Origin: Candidatus Bathyarchaeia archaeon | GTDB taxonomy: Archaea; Thermoproteota; Bathyarchaeia; TCS64 | DNA: 64,000 nucleotides | NCBI GenBank assembly: GCA_050014495.1 | Contig: JBEKDF010000013.1 | Span: 1 to 64,000 of the forward strand | Direction: 5' to 3' | Part shown: piece by piece, positions 39,337-46,776 of the stretch | Numbering within the stretch: the first letter of the stretch is position 1 | Layout: every line of letters begins with the position of its first letter | The notes under the pieces: generated by a model | Seen by the model: the letters and a program-made list of their open reading frames with translations, nothing else | The model's database searches: none | What the model was told of the DNA's origin: nothing | Position numbers and translations under genes: made by a program

Positions 39337-40056
39337 GCGCGCAACGGGGTCACTTCAGTGTTATTCGTACAGCGTGGATTCACTGGGGAGGAGGATATCT
39401 TCTCCGGTGATGGCAACTTTCTTGAGGTTTTCTGCCCTGGCAAGGATCGACTGCTCGAATGGATTGACAATTTGGGGAATCTGTACGACATTTCTCTGAC
39501 GAACATAAAGAAGTTCTGTGTTGGTTCTCCGATTCAGGCTGCAGCTGATGTTATGACTTTGCTTGTTCAAGAATATCATCTGACTGCTGATCAGGTCAAG
39601 GGTGTTGATGTTCATCTTCCACCGAGTGGTGCAAGGACGGTTAACAACCGCACCATGCCAGATATTAATTGCCAGTACATAATGACGGTGATTCTACTTG
39701 ATGGAAAACTAACTTTTGAAGCAGCCCACTCATATGAGAGGATGACCGATCCTAAAGTACGAGAAGTGCAGTCCCTCATTAACCTAATTGGCGATCCAAA
39801 ATTTATTGGGCAAGAAGAGAAACGACCTGGAATGGTGCGGGTCCACCTGGTAGATGGTCGTACTGTGGAGAAACTCGTCTCATCGGTTCGAGGAACTGCA
39901 GATAATCCTATGACTCGAAGCGAAATCGAGATAAAATCTATGGACCTCCTTCAGGGTATTCTCGGCAAGGATAAAGCGAACTCTCTAATAGGAACCATCT
40001 GGGAACTGGAGAAGGTGCGGTCGATGCGAGAGCTGCGACCATTACTCTCAGTTTAA
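39337..40056 (+). pseudogene. C-terminal half of an MmgE/PrpD-family protein, 5'-truncated
   Basis: Starts at ARNGVTS..RGFTG (mid-protein motif), IKKFCVG, RGTADNPMT; in-frame stop at 39319-39321 just upstream. Confidence 0.8.
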
Positions 40057-40094
40057 GTATATTTCACGTGCGCGCGCTTCGTGCTTTTTATCGC

Positions 40095-41699
40095 TTATCT
40101 GAAGAATTTCTGCAAGCCGTTGCTTGAAATGATGTATTCGCGCATCAAATCATCCCGAACCGATTTTTTGGTGTTTCCATAGAAGTTCGACCTCAACCTA
40201 AAAGTGTCGCCCCATTCCATGAATACGGGATTGTCCAGCGAGGTGGCAGGCCAATATGAAAGATCGCCTCCATTGGGATTTCCTGTCGCAACGAAATTGG
40301 CCCAATAGGATGAGCAATTTTCAGCAATCTTGAAATCCAGCTCGGTCCAGTCCCTCTGCTGAGGAATATCACGCAGAGACTTGAACACATACCACAATTC
40401 ACTGCTGTGCCAAGCCCATCGGATCTCGGCTTCGCGGCCCGGTGCCCAATGAGAGAAATAGTAGGGATACAGACTGCTGACCGGATTCAATTGGTTCAGC
40501 ATCAATGCCACGATCAGGTTTTGAGTGCCGCCAGTTTCGCTGCGCAGACGCAGGCTTTCCATGGTGGCAGCAAAATCATCGGTTGTGTTGTACAACTCGG
40601 AAAAATTGTATTTGTCAAACAGCTCCTGATAGGTTTTCTTTGAGGATTCCATGAAAATACTCTTGGTGATGATTGAAAATTCCCCGTTCCCTTCGCCACA
40701 GTTGACACCGAACAGGATATTTTTGCCTTTGAGAGCCCCTTTCTGTTTAAAGAAATCGATCGGGCTATGGGTCATGGCGTAGCCGTCCACCATCGAAGTG
40801 AAACCTTTGCCATAAACCTCGCTTTTGGGGGTGTTCTCATTCACAAAGGCACTGGTCGGCAAAGCCCGCAGCTCAGTCACGCTCAGACCGGCATAGCCCT
40901 TGTCCTTCAAATACGTATCGCACGCAGTTTCCGTCTGATCAAGCGTGGATCTTCTGCTTAACGCACTAAAACTGCTGTCCATGATGGCACGGTCAAATAA
41001 ATCGGTCGCCAGGGGTGATGTGAGAATGGAGCAAACTGCACCGGCGCCTGCGGATTGCCCGGCAATGGTGACCCGTGTAGGATCACCACCAAACATCTTG
41101 ATATTTTTCCGAACCCATTCTAGGCTTTTGATCTGATCCAGCAGGCCGTAGTTGCCTGATGTGCCGGTTGGTGATGCGGCGGAAAGATCTTTTGTTGCCA
41201 GATAGCCGAAAACGCCCAGACGATATCCGACCGAAACGACTATGATTCCCTTTTTACAAAGCTCTTCCGGATTGAATTCCGGTTCATAGCTGTAACCATG
41301 CATACTTGCACCGCCATGAAACCATACCAGTACCGGGCAATTTTCATCCGGGGTTTGGGCGGGTGTTGCGACATTCAGGTAGATACAGTCTTCGCTCATG
41401 ACTGGTTTCTTATCTTTATACTCATAGTAAAACTCTGGTCCCCACCAATCTGTGGTTGATAGAATCTGCACGGCCATAGGTGCATAAGTATCACAGGCTC
41501 GAACACCGTCCCAAGGTTCTGGATCTGCAGGAGCGGCCCACCGCAAATCACCAACCGGTGGTTTGGCGTAGGGCACGCCTTTATAAATCGTTATGCCGTT
41601 TTCAACGTAAAAATCACCCGATACTTTGCCAAAGACAGTCTGGACAATTCGCGTGCGCGTGGGGTCTATTTCCTGCTCGGAATATTGTTTCCCCATCAT
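40095..41699 (-). CDS. Carboxylesterase type B (pNB-esterase-like)
   Basis: GVPYAKPPVGDLRW, SEDCIYLNV, GNYGLLDQ, nucleophile GQSAG, WHSSE. Confidence 0.93.
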   Translation of the reverse strand: MMGKQYSEQEIDPTRTRIVQTVFGKVSGDFYVENGITIYKGVPYAKPPVGDLRWAAPADPEPWDGVRACDTYAPMAVQILSTTDWWGPEFYYEYKDKKPVMSEDCIYLNVATPAQTPDENCPVLVWFHGGASMHGYSYEPEFNPEELCKKGIIVVSVGYRLGVFGYLATKDLSAASPTGTSGNYGLLDQIKSLEWVRKNIKMFGGDPTRVTIAGQSAGAGAVCSILTSPLATDLFDRAIMDSSFSALSRRSTLDQTETACDTYLKDKGYAGLSVTELRALPTSAFVNENTPKSEVYGKGFTSMVDGYAMTHSPIDFFKQKGALKGKNILFGVNCGEGNGEFSIITKSIFMESSKKTYQELFDKYNFSELYNTTDDFAATMESLRLRSETGGTQNLIVALMLNQLNPVSSLYPYYFSHWAPGREAEIRWAWHSSELWYVFKSLRDIPQQRDWTELDFKIAENCSSYWANFVATGNPNGGDLSYWPATSLDNPVFMEWGDTFRLRSNFYGNTKKSVRDDLMREYIISSNGLQKFFR

Positions 41700-42049
41700 T
41701 GTTCAGGTAGCATCTCATTTTAGGCTCATTTAAGTATTATTTTCGTCTAAAAAGCGCGCGCTTCGGGCAGAGCGTGGGTGAAGAATACCATTTTCTCCTC
41801 GGTGGCGATGAATGCGCGCGCGCATTCAGGGATGTGGAAAGTAATAACCAATTAAAAAGAAGAGAACCGCAGTAGTGATGCAAATTAAACTGGTAAATAT
41901 AAGCATTTTTCTCCGCTCCTTTCTAAGCCTCTCAAAATCTTGCTTTAACTTTTCAACAGATCGACTCAGTGCTTGATCATCGTTACTAAGACCCATGGAT
42001 AAGAAGAGGATGTAATCCGCTTTAATGAATTTCGCGCCAATGCGCGCGC

Positions 42050-42101
42050 ATAAGGAAGTTGGATAGGGAAGCCGCGAAGAGGATGTAGGCGCTAAATCTT
42101 A
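42050..42101. repeat. Second (probably original chromosomal) YkgJ 3' end; distal att
   Basis: ATA AGG AAG TTG GAT AGG GAA GCC GCG AAG AGG ATG TAG; preceded by palindrome ATGCGCGCGCAT. Confidence 0.88.
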
Positions 42102-42144
42102 TCTAGCTAATACACACACATTTGGTTTATCCGGGTGTTTTTTC

Positions 42145-43767
42145 ATGGATGAGAAGAAGGTGAGGGAGATCTCATTAGCCATACTAGCCATTATCGGGCT
42201 TCTCGCTATTGTCACGGGCTACCTTGCGACAGGGCCGACCGCCAAGTTTCTACTCGCATTTTACCCCCTCATCGTCGTCTTGATAGGCGTCGCGTTCCTC
42301 CGCCAGGGTAGCCTAAACATGGCCTTCATCGGTTGGGGCCTAGCAGTGGTGTTGGCAGTGTCCAACTTTGGTAACACGCCTATCGATGCGGGGGCCTCCA
42401 CGCTTGTTGGTGTGCTGAAGAGTTTCGGTATCGCCTTCACCGTTGCAGCCACGATGCTCTTAATCTATATAATGCAGGCAACTGGGGCTCTCGAGACGAT
42501 CTCCGCGGTAATTAAGAAACAGGTCACTGGAAGTGAAGTCCAAGCTCTTTACATCGGAGTAGGTTTTGGTTCCTTCCTCTCCGCCCTAGGGGTCGTCACG
42601 CCAGCGTTATTTCCGCCCCTCCTCGCTACGATGGGATTCAGCCAACTAGCCGCCATAAGCGTCGCCGTCCTCGGTTACGACCCTACAACAAGTTTTAGTT
42701 TACTCGGAATTCCAATCACATTACCAAGCCAGCTCTTTGGCCTAAATCCTATCGTATTCGCCTTCAAAATAGCTGTCTTTCTCCCCGTCGTATCAACGGG
42801 CTTTGCCTTCGCAATCCTATGGCTAATAGGAGGTGTCAAATCCATTAGGAAGGGTCTCGTCCCCGGTCTCATCTGCGGCCTCGTACTCGCGGGGGCGTGC
42901 CTAGTCAGTACTGTTGTAGACTACAATATCGGATATGAGCTAATTCCGATACGTATCATCGGTGTCATAGCAGGACTCCTTACAATGTTTGCCTTAACTG
43001 CTTATGATCGCCTATGCGGTAGAAAGAACACAGAAACGGTCAAGAGTGAAGAAATTAAACTAGGTGAGATATGGCGCTCATTTTCACCCTTCGTGATACT
43101 GACCATCCTCGCTGTTATAGTGAGCCTACCCACCATAGGCGACTATTTATCAAGGGCACCTGGCTCCATTGAGGTCATCACCATAGGCTCTCAGAGTATT
43201 GACCTCGATATCCTCTCCCAGATATATACTTGGATTTTCATCGCTACAATAATCTGCCTCACAACTCTGAAGCCCACAAGAGACCAACTCAGAAGGGGGA
43301 TCGATCTCTGGATCAGACGTGCCCCAACCCCCGTCCTCACCATCATGGTCTACTTCGGCGTCAGCTTTGTAATGTCGGGCTCAACAATGAACCAGGTGCT
43401 TGGCGATACGCTTGCACTAGTCTTTGGAGGAGCCTACATCTATGTCTCCTCCAGTTTAGGCTTCCTCGGCGCCATAGTAGGCGGCTCTGAGACTACCTCA
43501 AATGTCCTTTTCTATAAAATACAGAAGACCGCTGCCGACAAGATTGGGCTAAGCTCAACGCAGTTCATGACACTATACGGGGGCCACGCTGTCGGGGGAG
43601 GCGTCGCAAGTTCGGTAACTCCGTCAAAGATCAATAACGCTGTCGCAACCGTGGCTGCAGGGAAGGAGACCGAGTCGATAATAATGAGGAAACACCTAAT
43701 TGTTGCTATATTATTGACTGTGGTGACTTGCTTGCTTGGTGGTCTCCTTATCATCCTCGCCTTCTAG
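42145..43767 (+). CDS. lctP: L-lactate permease family transporter
   Basis: Polytopic membrane protein; TSFSLLGIPI, GSETTSNVLF and SSVTPSKI match LctP-type motifs. Confidence 0.8.
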   Translation: MDEKKVREISLAILAIIGLLAIVTGYLATGPTAKFLLAFYPLIVVLIGVAFLRQGSLNMAFIGWGLAVVLAVSNFGNTPIDAGASTLVGVLKSFGIAFTVAATMLLIYIMQATGALETISAVIKKQVTGSEVQALYIGVGFGSFLSALGVVTPALFPPLLATMGFSQLAAISVAVLGYDPTTSFSLLGIPITLPSQLFGLNPIVFAFKIAVFLPVVSTGFAFAILWLIGGVKSIRKGLVPGLICGLVLAGACLVSTVVDYNIGYELIPIRIIGVIAGLLTMFALTAYDRLCGRKNTETVKSEEIKLGEIWRSFSPFVILTILAVIVSLPTIGDYLSRAPGSIEVITIGSQSIDLDILSQIYTWIFIATIICLTTLKPTRDQLRRGIDLWIRRAPTPVLTIMVYFGVSFVMSGSTMNQVLGDTLALVFGGAYIYVSSSLGFLGAIVGGSETTSNVLFYKIQKTAADKIGLSSTQFMTLYGGHAVGGGVASSVTPSKINNAVATVAAGKETESIIMRKHLIVAILLTVVTCLLGGLLIILAF

Positions 43768-43992
43768 TGGCTGGTAATCCGTTTTCTCTAAGGTCAGATT
43801 TCCATAGACGCAACCTATGAATCTGGCGAACATGAGCTTCCGCCTCACGATGTTGTATGTGGACTCGGTCATACCATGCTCCTGGAGCTTAGTCTTAAGG
43901 TTCGTCTCCGATAACTGACCGAAGCTGCAGTCCTGTAGTGTATCAAGGAATAGGAGATCATCCTCCGTCAGCTTCGGCTTCTTACTACCCAC
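43711..43992 (-). CDS. Small hypothetical protein, possibly wHTH
   Basis: GGTGA SD-like sequence before the GTG; converges on and overlaps the lctP end. Confidence 0.55.
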   Translation of the reverse strand: MGSKKPKLTEDDLLFLDTLQDCSFGQLSETNLKTKLQEHGMTESTYNIVRRKLMFARFIGCVYGNLTLEKTDYQPLEGEDDKETTKQASHHSQ

Positions 43993-44112
43993 GACATCAC
44001 CGGCCCATAGATGAGCCTATTATCTCACCTTCACAGTGGAGAGTTAAATCCTTGCCCCTAGTAATTTTAGCGCGCTCGTCGAATCGTCCATAAATTGGTA
44101 GCAGTATTTTTG

Positions 44113-44569
44113 ATGGCTATGGAGTTCAGCACGATCCCTTGGTAGGGCTATGCTCTCGGAACCATGGATGTTTGGTATCACGAACTCGCTTCTGAAGTTC
44201 GCTGCACATGAGAATATGGATAGCATCTTTGCATCCCAGATACTGTGGCTCAGCGTCGGTATCTTCGGCCTCATCTTCTTCGCCTATTACTATACAATGG
44301 GCTCCTTCACCACCAACCTCACTGGAACTTCGGCGATCCTTCTCGCGGTCCCGATCATCTCGGGCGTCTGCCTCGCTGCGGGCATGTTCTTCATCAACAA
44401 GGCAGTGGCTGTCGGGCCAGCGGGGCCAGCAACTGCGATTACAGCTGGCAACGCTATCCTTGTAGCCCTATTAGCCTACGTGGTCCTCAATGAAGGATTC
44501 GGCACTCCTAAACTAATTGGGATGCTAATGGTCGTTAGTGGCATCATTGTGATGAGTGTATTCGCCTAA
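44113..44569 (+). pseudogene. EamA/DMT half-size transporter, apparently disrupted
   Basis: 44150-44569 ORF has EamA motifs (GPAGPATAI, LNE..KLIG). Plausible N-terminus MAMEFSTIPW*GYALGTM is in another frame with a TAG at 44143-44145. Confidence 0.6.
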
Positions 44570-44633
44570 CTAGTTAGATTCCTTTCCGCCGCTAACTTGA
44601 TTTAAGCAGTGGTAGATAATCAACTGATATACT

Positions 44634-45029
44634 ATGCAAGTCAGAAAGCTCGGTGAGGTAGTAGTGGAACCAACCTCAGGTGGCATCTTCACGGGGGAGG
44701 TAACAATCCAGAGGGTCTTCGGAAAAGAGACGGGGGCATCAAACCTCAACCTGAGTCTCGTTTCATTTCCCGCTGGGATCCATAATACTTGGCACACTCA
44801 CAACCAAGATCAATGCCTCTGGATACTCACCGGGAGGGGGAGGGTGGCGAGTAGGGAGAGAGAGTATGTAGCTGAGCCGGGCATGGCGTTCTTCATCCCA
44901 GCTGGTGAGAGCCACTGGCACGGAAGCGTCGGGGAGGATTTTAGTCATATAAGTATCATAGGTGGCATGGGACCCACGAGAACCGATGGGCCCGACCCCT
45001 TTAAATCGGAGCCATCATCCATCAGTTGA
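44634..45029 (+). CDS. Cupin domain protein
   Basis: WHTHNQDQ and PAGESHWHG cupin motifs. Confidence 0.9.
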   Translation: MQVRKLGEVVVEPTSGGIFTGEVTIQRVFGKETGASNLNLSLVSFPAGIHNTWHTHNQDQCLWILTGRGRVASREREYVAEPGMAFFIPAGESHWHGSVGEDFSHISIIGGMGPTRTDGPDPFKSEPSSIS

Positions 45030-45034
45030 TCTAA

Positions 45035-45802
45035 TTGAACCTAGATGTGAGGCTGAGAGTTGGTGGGATCACCGATATGTCCACCATCGACTGGTATGGT
45101 AATGTCAGCCTCATCGTCTTCTGTGCTGGTTGTAACTACAGGTGCCCATACTGCCAGAATTCGGGTCTAATACCCCTCGACTCAGGGAGAGAGATAGATC
45201 TTGATTTCCTTCGAGATCGCTTCATAGCTAACAAAATGATTAACGACGCCGTCGTGTTCACTGGGGGCGAACCTGTCCTCCAGCCTGATGCTGTGATCAA
45301 GAGCGCGAAGTTAGCCCAGAGCCTTGGCCTCAGAGTCATGCTCGATAGCAACGGCAGCGTAAAAGAGAACATAGATAGGATACTTCGTAGTGGCGCAATT
45401 AATAGGGTCGCCCTCGACGTCAAAGCCCCCCTGAATATGGAGGATTATGGGAGGGTCACGGGGCGCCCCGACTTAGGAGAAGTTTCAGTCGAGGCTGTAG
45501 AGCACTGTCTGAATCTGAGTAAGGAGCTTGGTATCGAGATGGAGGTCCGAACTACCGTCGCCCCTGGCATCTCTGACGATTTGGCATTCATTCGAAGCAT
45601 AGCCGACTCCATTAAGGGGAGGAGCGATGTCTATTACCTTCAGCAGTTCGATAACCTTGGTGAGGTGCTAAGCCAAACCCTTAAACAGGAGAAACCTCCT
45701 ACGAGGGAGGCAATGATGAGCCTCGCCCGAGAAGCCCTGAAGACGGGAATTAGGAATGTATTCATCAAGACGCGAAGTCATGGGCTCGAGAGGATGGGCT
45801 GA
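45035..45802 (+). CDS. Anaerobic ribonucleotide reductase activating protein (radical SAM)
   Basis: GCNYRCPYCQN, FTGGEP, DSNGS, DVKAP, EVRTT, YYLQQF. Confidence 0.9.
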   Translation: MNLDVRLRVGGITDMSTIDWYGNVSLIVFCAGCNYRCPYCQNSGLIPLDSGREIDLDFLRDRFIANKMINDAVVFTGGEPVLQPDAVIKSAKLAQSLGLRVMLDSNGSVKENIDRILRSGAINRVALDVKAPLNMEDYGRVTGRPDLGEVSVEAVEHCLNLSKELGIEMEVRTTVAPGISDDLAFIRSIADSIKGRSDVYYLQQFDNLGEVLSQTLKQEKPPTREAMMSLAREALKTGIRNVFIKTRSHGLERMG

Positions 45803-45805
45803 GAG

Positions 45806-46354
45806 ATGGCCCGGAGACTACTCATCCTGTTAACGGGGATGGCTGGCTCCGGTAAGACGACTCTCTCTGGAATTATCCGTGAATCTGGCCTCCGTGTCAT
45901 AACCATGGGAGATGTAATTAGGGATTTAGCCAAGCGGCAGGGACTCGAGCCCTCACCCGAGAACATAGGACACATCGCTGAGGACATAAGAAAGGGGGGC
46001 CCCGATGCTGTGGCTCGCCACTGTGTAGAGATGCTTAAGAGAGGACCAGAAGGTCTCATTGTTGTTGATGGCATTAGAAGTCTAGCTGAGGTTGGCGCAT
46101 TCAAAGATGAGTTCGATGTCGTTCTAATTGCCTTATGGGCTAGTCCACTGAGCAGGTTCAAGAGGCTCACACGTAGAGGTCGGAGCGATGACCCAAAGAC
46201 CTGGGAGGAGTTCAAGGAGAGAGAGGGTCGCGAACTTTGCTTCGGTATTGGAGACGCCATTGCATCAAGCGACTACATGATTAAGAACGACGATGGCATT
46301 AACGTCTTAAAACCTGCTTTCGACGAGATTATGGGGCAGATAAAGAATGGCTGA
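45806..46354 (+). CDS. Archaeal nucleotide-kinase-fold protein (dephospho-CoA kinase-like, UPF0200)
   Basis: GMAGSGKT, MGDVIR, DGIRS, RGRSDD. Confidence 0.85.
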   Translation: MARRLLILLTGMAGSGKTTLSGIIRESGLRVITMGDVIRDLAKRQGLEPSPENIGHIAEDIRKGGPDAVARHCVEMLKRGPEGLIVVDGIRSLAEVGAFKDEFDVVLIALWASPLSRFKRLTRRGRSDDPKTWEEFKEREGRELCFGIGDAIASSDYMIKNDDGINVLKPAFDEIMGQIKNG

Positions 46355-46748
46355 AGTCAGGGTCACCATCAAGGCTCACCTTAACCCAACTGAGAGCCAG
46401 GAGAAGCTTGAGAAGGCGATCACAAACCTATTCGGAGATGTCAAACCCCAACGCAGTAGGGAGCATGGGACTACATACCTTGTCCTCAACTTATCTGGAA
46501 AGGATTCTCTCCGCAAACTCAGGCAGAGAATTGCTAGTGACAGGATCAGGGACGCGACCCGAGCGATCCTTAACAGGTGGGCCGCAAAAAACGAGAAAGT
46601 AACATTCCACCTCAATAGGCAGGCAGCCTACGCGAATCACGTGAGCATCTACCACGCAAACCAGGCACCTCTCGGTCCAATAGAAGTAGAGATAGAGGGG
46701 CCACCTGAGATGATCATTGAGTTTCTTACGGGAAAGGGCGCTTCTTAA
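46347..46748 (+). CDS. UPF0201/DUF54 putative RNA-binding protein
   Basis: PTESQEK..AITNLF, IRDATR, LNRQAA, PLGPI; usual neighbour of the upstream kinase. Confidence 0.82.
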   Translation: MAEVRVTIKAHLNPTESQEKLEKAITNLFGDVKPQRSREHGTTYLVLNLSGKDSLRKLRQRIASDRIRDATRAILNRWAAKNEKVTFHLNRQAAYANHVSIYHANQAPLGPIEVEIEGPPEMIIEFLTGKGAS

Positions 46749-46776
46749 CGCACAATGCAGCAAGATGTAAATGTGT

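Larger units (their letters stand above)
37302..42049. mobile_element. Older ~4.8 kb cargo island between 52-bp direct repeats; no integrase of its own
   Basis: Bounded by 37250-37301 and 42050-42101; unrelated cargo genes separated by (GC)n tracts. Confidence 0.75.

Noticed and set aside
42003..42014. GAAGAGGATGTA matching part of the att repeat, a possible third att remnant
   Set aside because: Only 12 bp and lacks the ATAAGGA core; cannot be separated from chance.
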